A DNA stretch of 60,056 nucleotides, the filler included, from Bipalium vagum (taxonomy: Eukaryota), in the NCBI GenBank assembly GCA_037834085.1. It is 3 parts of 3 records of this genome, joined end to end, with 100 filler letters (N's around TTAATTAATTAA, not from the genome) between each part and the next. Parts side by side here need not be neighbours in the genome. Positions count along the whole stretch, not along the records: positions 1 to 20,642 come from JBBMKC010248621.1; 2 more parts are not named here. One strand, written 5' to 3'. This document shows, piece by piece, positions 1 through 14,200 of this stretch. Positions within the stretch are counted from its first letter, which is position 1. Each line of letters begins with the position of its first letter. Made by a program: the position numbers and the translations under genes. The notes under the pieces were generated by a model that worked only from the letters and a program-made list of their open reading frames with translations, was not told where the DNA came from and did not search any database.

Positions 1-129
1 AATAATTGTTATATTAAAATATATAATTTTCGAAATGAATCTTGATAGCTTATCTACCGATATAAATGTAACTAACACAAATTATTAAATTTTTAAACAA
101 ATTATTGAAATTTTTAGACCAACAATTTT

Positions 130-620
130 TTTATATGAAAATATCGAGAAATATGATAAGTACAAATTATTGGTCCAAATATGGAGTTTGGTCCGATTAT
201 AAAAGTTCTGAAATCGTTCCAAAATAGAAGTTGCACTGTACATTTTCCTGGTTTTGAAAAGGTGTAGTGGATAATAATGCCACTGGACCACCAGACGGAT
301 ACCATGATTTTCTTTTGGTGCACGTTTGGCTTTGGACAGAGTATGGGCGCTTTATCTTTATCAAAGCACTGATATGATCACCTGCGATTAATGAATCTAA
401 TCCATTTTTCGTCACACATCACGATACTTTGAAAAAATGGTTCGCCTTTCTATCGTAACAAAGAAATACAAGCTTGAAGACCATTTGTTTTCTGATGTTC
501 GCATAATTCGTGTGGTACCATTTGGTCAAGCTTTTTAACCTTGTTAATTTGTTTCAATGGTCAAATATTATAAGGATGAAGAATTTGAATTTCAACGCTA
601 ACTGATGAGTACTTTGAGAT
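130..620 (-). mobile_element. Decayed mariner transposase fragment
   Basis: Minus-strand IVMCDEKWI and KPNVHQKKIMVSVWWSSGIIIHY motifs, frameshifted. Confidence 0.75.
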
Positions 621-1242
621 GGATAACATATCCTTTTTAATATTTTATAAACAAAAATTAAATGTTTTATTTAATCTAGTAAATTATATCATAACAAATT
701 AGACTGCAATGTTGAAAAAGTGCTAAATAATTATTAACCAATAAAGGCGGAGTATTATACTATCAAAATGTGGAATATTAGCAATTTGTCAAATAAATGT
801 ATTTTAATTAAATAAATTTATGATTTAACACTTTCATATTTATAATTTTTTATATTCTATACTAGACGTATTGACATAATGTGAATAAAATCAAATTCCT
901 TTCGTTCTTGAAAGTTAATATTTATAAAGACATGTTTTAGTGAAGTCAAATTTTACTGCTATCATACTGCTCTTAAATCGAGTGTTTAATTTTATCCAGG
1001 TGTTTGCTAGATATTTATCAATGTCAAAATAAATTGACAATGCCGAGGTCAAATAAAATTTTCTAATACACTTGAATAAAGGTCAAATAGAAAATCAAAA
1101 TCATAGAAAATTTAATAAAACTTAGATTATTCATCTTGGATGATAATGACATAACTGTCATTCATTATTAAAATAATGCAAATTTTTAAGTTATAATTTT
1201 AAAAAAATTGTTAATGATTCTTGATACCTACTCTATATATAT

Positions 1243-1850
1243 ACAGTCAACATGTTATAAGGCAGTCGTCCGTAAACTCGAAAAAATGCCCTTATAATGG
1301 GGTGCTATATTATGCAACACTAGGATGAGTACAAACTAGATACTATTCAAGCCAACACCAAAACATACACAGAATAAAAATATGTTTTAATAAACAAATT
1401 ATAAAGGCGAAATATAAACATAAAAATTTTATTTAAAGAAACCCAGTGTGGTAGTTTGCTTGACTTCTGTTTGGGAATTTAAGATAATACTGTCTTCTAA
1501 ATCTGTTAAAAGATAAAAATTTTTTCATCATTTTTTTTCCAGCCAAACAAATAAATCGTTTGATAACTTGAAGAGAATGGAGTACTTTTGTAATACAGTT
1601 GGATAAGATGATATCATTCGGACTATGTGTATTATCTTCATCGGAAGAAACTCCACCTATATTATTAGGAGTGATTATCATATCAACAATATCCTCCGTT
1701 TGTAGTTCTTGCCACGCAGAGATGTTTTCTTCTATGGTGTTGTATTCAGATGTCATCATCAGATCTTCACTTTTGTTTTGATCTATAAGACATTTGAAAT
1801 CCTCGACAACAAAATTTTCATTCTCTGGTAACAGAAAATCTTGACTGGTT
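1243..1850 (-). mobile_element. pogo/Tigger-like element 3' end
   Basis: TA-CAGTCAAC terminus near 1243; ORF 1433-1759 resembles the acidic C-terminus of Tigger-type transposases. Confidence 0.45.
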
Positions 1851-1899
1851 AAACATGAATGATTCCAATAATTTAGAATTATTCATTTGTTTGATTTTT

Positions 1900-2185
1900 T
1901 TACTTCATTTGAACCAACATTGATTATTTTAATCAGTTGATTATTAATTATTATTTTTTTTAGTATAACATTATTTGATTCTGTGGTGATATAATTGATT
2001 TTATTGACAATTGATTAACATTTTAGTGATTGTTTGGAATATTTTATATTATTGTTTAAGCAATAAAGTGTTGTATATAGTTGTTTGATTCATTCAATTG
2101 CGTACACCTTTAGGAACAAGTGAAGGGGTCAGTAACGTTCGAGCTAAGGTTATGACAGGGTTTATAGTGAAATAATATCGTAACA
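1900..2185 (+). repeat. Partial solo LTR (3' portion), same family as 33604-34496
   Basis: GCAATAAAGTGTTG..AAGTGAAGGGGTCAGTA..CGAGCTAAG..ATAGTGAAATAATATCGTAACA matches 34369-34496 and ~22235-22315. Confidence 0.6.
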
Positions 2186-2779
2186 CAAATGTGACTGCTA
2201 ATATTATTAATTATACAAATATTAGGAAAAATAAAAGTACTATTGAAAAATGTTTTTGTGGGGATCATCAACCAAGAAGAGGAAGGAATGAGGAGCTGTT
2301 GAGAAGGCTTATCGAACATTGTTATAACTATTATTAGTGAACATTTTATTTACAATTTATTTGCTCTTTGTTACTCTAATTACAAATTTGTGTTAATAAA
2401 TTTTATTAAAATTTTTTTTAAAAATAAAACAATAATAAAGAACAAAGTAATTTAATAAATTATTTTAATAATAAAGAAAATAATAATAAAATAAAGTAAA
2501 AAAAAGAATCTGACCTAGGAGCATATCCACATGGCCGTGCAGCAGGATAAGGTTGGCGGCGGGGTTGGAGCGTCGAGAGAGGTCTGAAATTTATGTTATA
2601 TTATTTAAAATTATATTTCAATTAATGTAGTTGTTCTTTATTTAAATATATTATGTAAATTTTATGTAAAATAATTATTAAAATAACTCGAGCCCGACCC
2701 GAAAACAGTAAGCTTAACCCGAGATCCGTAAAATCCTTCTATATCCCGTTGGGTCCCATCCCAGGTTATAATATAAATA

Positions 2780-3790
2780 CAATTCAAATAGAAAATCAAT
2801 TTGTTTTATGCCAATGGCTTTGCAGCAATGAAATTAATTTTGTGCTAATATCTAGAAAATCTTCACTTATCCATGCCAGGCAGGTAAGGATCGCAAAATT
2901 CACTGTCACGAGTGCTCTTAAAAATATAAGGAGACTCTTTCTGAGGAAAAAAAAGAAAGGAAGTGGCCAAAAAAGGATACATGTAAACACAAAAGACAAA
3001 AGCAGTTTTTGCATCCTTTAAACGTAATTCAAGACTTAAGGTGAGGGATGTTGCCAAAAAGTGGATATGTCTTCATCCTATGTACAAAAAGTCCGTAAAC
3101 AAGCTGGGCCGCATTCATATAAAGTTCATCTTGACCAAATTGCGCAGAAAAGCGCGTAAATTATACGGTAAAGTTATTCAAAAATGCAACTGTGTGATTC
3201 TGGATGATGAGACCTGTGTAAAGGCAGAATTTAAGCAGATACCAGGAAAACAATTTTACACGACCAATAAACTGGAAAAGTTTCCGATAAATTAAAAGAA
3301 TGCAACTTCGAAAAATATCCAAAGAAATTTGTAATTTTGCAGTCAATTTGTACATGCGGAAGAAATTTGGATCTTTCATTTCTTGAACAAAAGCTAATCA
3401 AAAATTGTATGTGGAAGATTGGTTATGGAAGTTATTTTTGCCTTTCCTTAAATTGCACAGCGGATCTGTACTGTTTTGGCCAGACCTGCCATCTTCACAC
3501 TATAGTAAATTAACTCTGAACTGATATCAACAAAATTGAGTCTCATATGTACTAAAATACATGAATCCACCAAACTAGCAGCAACTGAGGCCCATAGGAA
3601 AACATTTGGCAATAATGAAAAAAAACTCCTAAAACCAAAAGGTTATGTAAAAAGTGTAAGACTTGAGTCTCAAATGGAAAATGGTGGTAGATACTTTAAC
3701 GAAAGATGTGCAATAGTATTTTGGGGCATAAAGTCTAACATCCGAAATTTTGCAAATAATAAATAATATTTTCTATTGATGTCAAATAAT
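2780..3790 (+). mobile_element. Decayed Tc1/mariner element, maT/DD37D-like
   Basis: CVILDDETCVK and FWPDLPSSHY motifs with frameshifts; related to 11111-12360. Confidence 0.65.
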
Positions 3791-5272
3791 TTTTTAATAA
3801 TATACATTGCTGTTTTAATCAAAGAGCTTAATTTTTCATTTTACATTGTTGTCGACCAATGCATTTCGTACACATGCTTTAATAAACAATTTGAACTTTG
3901 AAAACTATTTATTAATATTAAAAAAAATTTAATCTAACTACGATTGCAAAATATTATATATTTGTGATATTCGAAAACAAACAATAATTGAAACTAGTTT
4001 GATAATTTATTATTTTAAGTTAAATAATTAATTTTTAAAAATAATTGTTAATAAAATTAAATATTTGTAAAGGAATTTTGATAATGTAAAAATATTTTTC
4101 TTGCTCAGTCTTTTCTTACGCTTATCAGTCAACTCCGACATGATTTCGTTCCATCAAGTGTCTCTCGCTTAATTGTGCCTATTTTCTTTTCTTTTTTTTT
4201 GTTTTTCGCTCTATTTTTCAATTCCGACTCGTGCATATGTGCCAAATAATTTATTTTTACAATACAAACCTAATTTATCACATTAAACCATATATAGGTA
4301 GGGAATCGTCAATATTATAAATCAGAGTTTTCGTTAGTAATAAACGACCATTATCGTTGTTAATATCAATCGGTTTATAGTCAGAACTACAAGTCATTTT
4401 TGAATAGATTTATTAGGTGATAAAACAAATAATATTTAAACAAATTTTAGGTTAGGATGTAAATCTCTGGTTGAACATATTTTATTAAGAATGATTCGCA
4501 AATCTTTGGTTCACCAATTTTATCAAAATTGGTCGTGATCACTCTAAATTCTTGATTATTAACTTTACTTTTTCGTCTAACGAAATTCATTTAATCGTGT
4601 AAGACTTTGTTAGTTCTGTTTAATCATGAATGCTCTCCAATATGTGTATTGCAGAAACATATCTTTTTTGTTTAATAACGAATGATTAGAAAAAACAGTT
4701 GTAGGACCTTGGGATCTCCATTTCAACAAAAAATGATATGAGTTGCAGAATTTCTATCATTTTGAGATTATTGTATCGCACACGTATTTAACAATATATA
4801 ATTCAGGAACGAGTCTGTTTTGATTTTAGTATTTATACTTACAAAATAATATCATATATGTATAAAATATTCTATTTTTCAAAAATAATTGATTACAATT
4901 TCTAAAATATATATATTGTGATTTTCATTATAATCAGAATTTTTATAGTAATTATCATTCAATATATCTTAAAGCATATTATATATTTTTTCATTTGAAA
5001 GTTTTTGAAATATTTAACCAAAAGCAAGGTTACTTTTTATTTGCTATTTATCTATCAATTATTTTGACATTTTTGATTTAGTCAGCAGTAAATTTAATCT
5101 TGATTTTTAAAATAAAATGTTGTTTTACTATTGTTTTTATTTGAAATTATTATTTTAAGGTTAATATATTTAAGGCTTTTTTATGAATATAACACAGTGT
5201 TATTAAAAAATATAAACTAGTTAAATCTTATAATTTATTTTTTGTTATATTTGCCAAATAAATAGTAAATTA

Positions 5273-8200
5273 ATGTCGAAAAAGCATAAGTGCAAATTAA
5301 AAAGCTTACCAAAACGTAATTGCAAAAATCAGAAAGTTAGTCTGACATTGCGTAGAAGTCGGCGAAACGTTAATTATGATGATAATAAATATGATGCTTT
5401 GGAATACTTAGATGAATCAGAAAATTTGAGTGAAACAATTGAAATCAGTAGTGAAGACAGTAAAGAAAAAAAAGATCTGGAAGAAAATCACATAGAAAAC
5501 ATAGAAAGTGGATGTAGTTCTGATGTTGTAATATTGGAAGGTACTAAGCCTTTGTTTGAATCTATAAGTATATATTTTAATAATAATTGTAATATTTTTG
5601 ACAACACAACAGACGAAACCGTTCTCAATGAAGATTCTGGGATGAGAATTGTTAAATCAAAATCTACAACTAATAATAGTTTAAGCAGTGCTGTAAGTTT
5701 TTCGAGCTCCGAAACAAGATCCAGTCGAAGTGCAAATCAAAACCGGAAGTCTAAAAGAATTAGGAAATCTACAGTAGTACCTGTTTCAGAAGAAATATTT
5801 TATGTTGAGAAGATTCTTGATATGAAGATTGAGAATGGAAAAAAGTTATTTTTTTTAAAGTGGGAGGGATTTTCTGATTCTGAAAACACATGGGAGCCTG
5901 AAGAAAATATACAATCCAATATAATGGTGCAGGTACTAAATTATATATTTAAAAATAATGCGATAATTATATAAATATATTTTGTAATCAATATTTTGAT
6001 ATTCGACATAACAGGTTTAGTAAATCTAAATTCTTTTCATTTTGTGATATAATTTTATAATTGAGTTTCTTTATAAATAATGAAATAATAATTTTTTATC
6101 TCACTTACAATTTAGTCTCAGTATAATTCGAAAATTTTTATTGATATTTTTAAATGATTACAAAATTAAATAAATGAATGGTTTAATATAAATATGTTAA
6201 ATGACAGTAAATACTAAATGAACATAAGGACCAAAAACTAAGATACCGGGAAATTCTAAAGACTTGTAATCACATTGACTAAAATTTCGTAATAAAGAAA
6301 TATGACGTAACTATTTTATTTATTGAATGAGATTTTAAAAGTTTATCCTGTGTAAAATAGGTTTTAAAATAAAATCAAACAAAAAAGTTGACAGTTAACA
6401 ATTTTTTATGCTTCTAAATACAATTTCTGTTTTTGGAATTTAAAATGATATCCGATGATTTTAAATTTATTTTTGGATCGATGACTTTGAACTATTGATA
6501 ATGAATTCATTACAAAAAACCAATATTAACTAATGGAAAAACAGAAAACAGTTCTGTACTTTTAAAATGCACAGATATTTTATTGTTCATTGAACAAATT
6601 CAATTTGTTTGGATCTTTATATATACGAGGGGTGTTCTTTTCTGTTTATTTTGTATTACAAAATACAATTTATCGACCGAAAATATTGATTTATAAGTTC
6701 TCGATGTATTTTTCTTCACACTTATTCTATTCATTAAAATCAATCTTTTAAGTTTTCTATTTCATCCTAAAATGTATTTCTCAGTTCATTGATTGATTTA
6801 AAACGTAAGCCTTGAAAAGTCTTGGAATTAACATGGAATCATTTTTACAAATAATTAATGTTTTAGTATTCAATTATTAAATATATTGAATTTCTGGGTG
6901 TTTATGATCTGTTCTTGAAAGGTTTTCGAAAATTTGAGGCAAAACGTTTTTTACTGAGCCTATGATATAAGGGATTAGTCTGTCTATCTCCTGCTAAAGT
7001 CGTTTTCATCTCGAATTCAAATATTAAAAAAGCTTATCAACTATTTGTATGAAAAATTCTGTTCATTGGTTCATAGCCACATCATTACCCGTCAATTATA
7101 TTAGAAAAAGAAAGTTTTTAGCTATGGATGTTTTAAGATTAAGATCTTGAATTATGCAATTATGAAAATTTTACAATGTTCAAATTCATTTTAAAGCAGT
7201 TTAAGGAACTTATACAAAGTAGTATTAGAAATGACGAGTGGAACAAGAACAGTCCCTGAATTTGTAAATTTTTGAAATATTCATTTGTGATATTGAACTG
7301 TAATCCATTTAATTTGAACGAAATGAAACTTTTGTTTTGACAAGTTTAATAGTCACACGAATCGGTAAAATTAAATTGATCTATAATTTTTGTGTAAAAA
7401 GATTGCTTTTTAAAAAATACAGTATTAAATGCAATTTTTATACTGTCAGAGTAGTCTTGATTTTATGTTATAAAAAACAATAATTCTAGATCAGAAATTT
7501 CTTTTTTTCCATCACATTCACAGATAGGTTCTTAACATTATTTCTCACAGACATTCACATTTCGAAGGTTTAGTTATAATGTTTCTCCAATGAATATTAC
7601 AGTTGTCAGTATTGGTTTCATTTGGTTTCCTAATCATACTTAATGGTTTAAGATTCCTTGCAAATCACATTAAAAAAAATCTTAAAATATAAATGAGCCT
7701 GACAAATTTTTAAGTAAAATAATTGTGTGTATAGGTTGAAATGAATTGAAGATTTTAAAGGAAAATAATTGTAGGAATTCCTTGAAAACTTGGACAAAAA
7801 CAGTCGAAAAGATGAAAAAACCGTAATTTCGGAAGTTGATAAAAAAGATTTTTCATTTACTACGGAAACTCAGGAAAAAATCAATGATTTGAAAAATGAA
7901 GATAATACAGACAAAGAGTGTGAAGACAGTTTTGTCCAAAATTCAGAATTGAAAAAGACTGAAAACTCAAATGAAATCATAATTAATGTAGGAGAAATAA
8001 TAACAAGTGTGGATTCGAAACACGAAGAATTAGAAGTAAAGAACGAAATTCAATTCAGTAACAGCAGTCAAAAAGAAATTGAAACAGTTTTAAAAAATAA
8101 CATTTTATGTGGTGAAGATGTCGATCAAGTGAATTTCGATAAAGGTTGCAATGAAGAATGCCTTATAGAATCACAGACCTGTGACAATTTTGTTAAAGAT

Positions 8201-11200
8201 GATGTTCAAATTTTCGAATCTTCTGCAGTGTGTGAAAATCAAGTTCCGGGCAATGTGATGATCTTGAACAGTGCAATCAAAATTGATGAAATAAAAGATC
8301 AAATTCAGAGTGAAACAATGGATTGTACACTTTCGAAAGATCAAATGACAAAAATTAACAAAGTTATTAAAAAAACCAAACGAAAGGGATCGAAAATTAT
8401 AACTAGAAAATATCATAAAAGTAATAGCATGGAGGAGAAAATTCAGGACAATTTAAAAAAGGAAATTGATCAGATAATATCGAATACTTGCGGAAAATCA
8501 AGTGAAATTAATATTGATGATGATGAAAACCCTGAATCCATATCAAATGAAAATTCACGTCCACCAGACTGTCAGATATTTCCATTGTCAGTCCATTCAT
8601 CGACTGATCTGGCACCAGAAAATAATGAACAAGGCTCGTGTACTCAGTCAGTATTATCATCTAAAAAAACCAAAGAGAAAAGTTCCAAGGATCCAAACTC
8701 TTATTTTCCAAACAATATGCCACAAACAGTTCAAGAGATCTTTATGGTAGAAAAAATACTCAATATGAAAATTGTAAATGGAGTAAGAAAATTTCTCTTA
8801 AAATGGGAAGGATTTCCCGATTCTGAGAACACCTGGGAACCTGAAGAAAATTTGGAATGTCCCGAACTAATTAAGGTATATCCTAGACGAAGTTTCAATG
8901 TTTACTGATTGTGATATCATTTTAGGAATTTATCAAAGATAGAAACCAAAATAAAAAAAAGAGAAAACGATTATCATCGGATGACTCGTTGTCTGTAGAA
9001 GAGTTACCAGATGAAGTACAAATTAAGGTATTTTTTGATATTCTTTGAAATAATTATTCTACTTATTATGGATTCGTAGGAGCCAGCAGTGAAAAAACGA
9101 GGATTTCCTCGTTCTCGAGAAGCAGATTGTATTTTGGCTGCTGGAATGATGAATGATCAGTTGATGTTTTTAATTAAGTGGTTAGTTGGAGTTCTTTGTA
9201 CTGATAAAATGTATACTGATACTTGTTCTGTATCGATTTCATAAAATGACTCTAATTGGTCAAATAATTGCTATTTTAAATATATTTATTAGGTTGTGCA
9301 GTATGAAATTTCCGTTTTAATAGTATATTTTTTGGAAACGTTTTAAATCATTTAACAATTAACTAAATTTAAATATATATATAATCTTAAGGCATAGAAT
9401 TTACTGTATAATACAAAATCATATAGATATCGATTTTATATTTAAATTTTAGAATTTGCGTATAACCTTACAAACCATGTTTTTCGTGTCATTTTTTAAT
9501 GAGTGGAAAAATGGGAAATAATGGTCAAGAAGCTGCTAGAAACATTAATCATTCATTTGAAAACCATAGGTCGTTGGTTTGTCAAATTTAAATCCGGTGA
9601 TCTAAGCATGACAAACTGACCGAGGAAGACATAAAATCATCATTTTTGATAATAAATTACCAGCAGCAGTAGAATTGAATTCGAGACAGTCCGTTCGCGG
9701 ACTTTCAAAACAATTTGAGGTTTGTACCATAACAGTCTCAGCTCATTTAAAACTCATTTGTAAAGTAAAGAAGTTGGAACAATGGATATCACATTTATTG
9801 AGAAATTCTCAAAAAAATAATCTTTTGAATATATGCAAATTATTAATACTTCGTCATGAAAAAGAACCATTTTTAACTGCATCATTACTTCTGACGAAAA
9901 GCTAGTTCTTTACCATAACTGTCGACGTTCGGCACAATGGTTAAATGTGGATGAAATTCCTTCTTTTTGTCTAAAACCCGATTTGCACCAAAAAAAAAAT
10001 AATATGATTACCGTTTGGTTGTCTATGTTTAGTGTAGTACATTATTTTTTTCTAGAACCAAGGGAAACTATCACAGCAGATAAATATTGTTCCGAACTTT
10101 TAATAATAAACTAAAAATTATGTTTGTCAACAGCCTTCTTTGGTCAATAGGAAAGGTATTCTTCTGCTGCATGATAATACCTGTTCACATGTTTCTAAGA
10201 AAATGCTACAAAAGTTATCTGAATTAAATATTGAAGTTTAGAAACATATTCCATATTCAACAGATCTTGTTTCCCAACGGATTTTCATCTCTTTATGCAT
10301 TTAGCTTATGTCTTATCTCAAAAAACTTGCAGACCATGAAGATGTAAAAAAGACCATCATGCACTTCATCAATTCCAGAGGTGAAGATTTTTATGCAAAT
10401 GGAATCCGGAACTTGTAATTCAGTAGAAGAAATATTTCACAGCCAATGGCGACTATTTTATTTAAATAAAAATTATTTATTGGTACATGTTTTCAATTTT
10501 AAAAGTTATTGTGTAATCAGATATTTCATACTGGACAACCTAATATTTATATATCAGTACAGAAAGGATAGTTTCATTTTAATAATTTTTAACTTTTGAT
10601 CTTAGTTTGTGAACGATATAAAATTCTGTTGTCACCAATCTTTACAAGCATGGTATCTATAGAATTCTAGGTAAAGTATTTTCTCTAGCTGAGGCCCAAC
10701 TAAACATGTTTCATTAAGCTTAAGTAATTTCTGGAATCACTTTTTAAAATCACGAAATCTGTTTTTGTAGAACTTATTAAATATTTTCGATTTTGTTTTT
10801 CTTTTTCCAAATTGTACTTAACAAAACTTAAAAACGCTTTCATCTTGAACTCGGTTTTTCCAAATTCAAGTCAATGAAATCTTTTTCGTATTTCTTGATA
10901 TGGGTCGTACAAATTTTTTGAACTCTTCGCGAGAACTGTGGCGATTATTTTCCTTAGAAAAGTAGTATATTCAAAGTTAAACTATGGATATGCAAACTTA
11001 CAATTTCGAACTTCTATCAGTTGAGCAAAACATCACAAACTTTCTTTATACAAGGCCTAAATAAAATTTCATTTTATGACAACATTCACAAAATTGATTA
11101 AATGGATATAAAGACTGTCTATGATGAAAAGTGGTCGATTACAAACTGTGATAACTTTGTAATATGTTCAATTATACCATTATGTTTATAAATTAAATTC

Positions 11201-14200
11201 TTTTTGTCATATTATCTAAATAATTTATTGATTTTGTAGATCAATAAATATTAGCAACGAAAATGGGTAAAAAAATTGAAATGAGTTAAAAAATGTTGTT
11301 CAAATACAATCGAAATACAGTTGCTTCATATTCAACGATCACTAAGAATGTTGGAGTTGCAAAATCAGCCGTTCAAAAAGTTTTTTCAAACTACAAGGAG
11401 ACTTACTATTGAATGAAAGTCAGGTTCAGGTAAGAAAGCAGGTCAAGTTGATTTCAACTTAGCAAACGATATCATTAATGCGTTTAAGAAAAATCCGACG
11501 CTTTCAGTACGTGATGTTGCAAAAAATGTAAACATCTAAATCATACATCCACAAAAGGAAACAGAATAGAGTATTAAAGTCCGACAAAGTAACTGTTGCT
11601 TCTGATTGTGATGAACAAAAGAATAAAATTGTTAAGACCAGTTCGAAAAAGGTTTATGAAAATTTCCTTACCAAGGATGATTGAGTTATTATGGACTATA
11701 AGACTTACATTAAAGGAAATTTCAACCTATTACAAGGTCAGAAATATTGTTGCAGAAGCTAAAGACGCAGTTTCTGAAAGATTTAGGATGAAAAAGATCT
11801 CAAAATTCCCAAAGAAATACTCCATTTGTACATGTGGAAAAAAGTTTCATCAAAACTGGAACAATGAATCAAGAAATTTACATCAATGGTTGCCTTCAAA
11901 AATGATTACTGTCTTATTAATAAGCATGATTGCCTTACTTTGTTTTGACCCGATCTCTCATGCTCTCATTATGCTAAAGATACATTAGGAAAACAAATAA
12001 TTTGAAATTTATTCCTCGACAAGCCAACCCTCTTAACTGATCAGAACTCAGACCATTAGAAAAATATTGGGCAATTATAAAACAAAACTTGAATAAAACC
12101 TAGGACGCTGCTAAGAATGAAGCAGACTTTAAAAGAAGGTGGAAGAAATCAATGGACAAGGTAACTAAAATGACTGGCAGAAGTTGATGTTATGAGTAAA
12201 ATGAGGGGTTCGCGAATTTTATCCGGTTTAAGATATTTTGATAAATATCAATAGAATTTTTTTCTGTATATAATCTGTTTAAAATAAATAGTTTTATTAA
12301 AATAATTTTTGTGTTTTTATATTACTTTTATAACGACCACTTTTCATCGTGGACACTCTTTAATAAATCTTGTTAAAATACACTCCAACTTATTTCGTAT
12401 GAGATCAACTAAAATATTTTTTAAATTAAATAATGATTTTAAAAATTATTTTATTATAAATCAAATCAAAATTTTCGGTTTATATCAATTATTTATGTTT
12501 TCTAAAACAATTTTATTTATTTTATCAAGTAATTCATAAATTAGAAAAACATGACTAATTTTTTTTAATATTGCTAGGAAAAATATTGATATGGCGAATT
12601 TGGTGTCAGCTCGCAGAGCAAATATCGAATGTCCCCAAGTTGTCATTCGATATTATGAGCAACATCTAAACTGGAAAAACAACGATGATACTGTGACATC
12701 AATGCCAAAAGAAAATCTCAATGAATGTGAAAATTCCAACGCACAGAAAAATCGATTTTCCAATTATTCTACCAGTATTAAGGATTCCATTGATTATCTT
12801 GTGTCACAAATTAATGTGAAATATGGCGAAGTTAAGAAAAATACTCCAATAATTAGTAAGCCAAAGATAAAGCCAAAACCTATTGCTGTTCCTATGTCAG
12901 AAGTAGTTGGTGGAAAATCAAAGAAGAAAACCCCAAAAGCTAATAAGAGCTTTCAAGAACCAAATTCTGGTAATACTAACAATAACAGTAATCAGTCGAA
13001 ACCGCTTGTCTGTAGCAGTAGTCAAAGTATGATGAATCTCATCAGGAGCTTTAAAGATCGAAAGTCAGCAGACGTTTCCATTAAACCTCCGCAAAATAAC
13101 GTTCCAGTCAAGATCTTACAGTCACCGATACTTGACAACTGTTCCGTCAACCAAAAAGGGTATGAATCCAGAGACATTCCCACCAATGTTACGCCTCAGA
13201 AAATTGAGCTTCCGAAATTGAATACTATGTCGGTATTGAGATCAATCAATAGTTTCAAGGGAGATTTGAGTTCTAGGAAATTTGCAATGACAACCCGACC
13301 ATATTTAAGAACATCCCAGTCTTTTAACCAGCCCAGTGGTAGTACAATATCCACGTCCAATCTTAGTGTAGTATCGCAATTTAGTTCACCACATACCATC
13401 GGGAACGCACAAGCTAGTAATCTTCAGTCTATGACAACCAATGTAAATAATCTCAATTTTACAACCGCTCCTCAAAATGTTAATATTTTATCAATAAATC
13501 CATCATCGACAAATCAGCAGTTGCCCGGTTTCAACACGATTTCTTTGAACAATTTCAACGGTCATGCATTTGTAAACCAACCGAACGTCATCGCCACGTT
13601 TAATGGTCAACAGCAAATCCCATTCAATCAATACTTGCAATTGGCTCCAGATGGTGTAACTGATCAGTCTTTGCTGTCCCAGTGTTATCAGGTCGTTTCT
13701 GATCACCATACATCAGATGTCAACAATTCAATATCAACAGCTATCTTTATGTCCGCCCCTCCTCCTTCGATTCCTAGTCTTCCTGGTATTGCACAAGTGG
13801 CTCTGGGTAAATTTCCACCAGATAGTCACTTCACCGACAAAAGGTTCAAGAGTTCTATCCTTAAAAGTCGGAGCTTTACTACTACCAACCCGGGTCACCC
13901 CAACAGCGTCCGACTACCGCTCAACCAGTCTGATCCTCCTGTTGCCATTAATAGTTCTAACAATGTTATTGCCATTCAAGGTTACAACGATACACGCATG
14001 CAGCTGGCCGTCGCCCTCCAGTCTAGGTATCAACAGAATTCTCTGCTTGTTAAGCGTCCCAATACTATCGTTCCTTCGACGACAGCAACATCCGCTGCGG
14101 CTGTACACAACTCAGGGGTGATTTATCAAGGTGAAGTTCAACACCCGATCTCTCCGTATCAGTTTATTAGTCAACCGAATTTCATTTCCGGTCCAGTAAT

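Noticed and set aside
600-625. Hammerhead ribozyme cores (CTGATGA here and at ~23815, ~54235, ~57765)
   Set aside because: None has a stem II followed by GAAA with closing helices; some lie in coding or TE sequence.
2515-2770. GC-rich patches with CCCGACCCG motifs as an ncRNA or promoter
   Set aside because: No recognisable RNA fold; more likely subterminal motifs of a decayed DNA transposon, but termini could not be defined.
5789-8875. Chromodomains as parts of a chromovirus or Polinton integrase, or of a CHD remodeller
   Set aside because: They are intron-split, HP1-type in sequence and spliced to a chromoshadow domain; no integrase or helicase is attached, and they are ~320 aa apart rather than closely tandem as in CHD.
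13196-14121. Overlapping short ORFs inside the last HP1-like exon
   Set aside because: Shadow ORFs of a GC-richer coding exon with no recognisable motifs.
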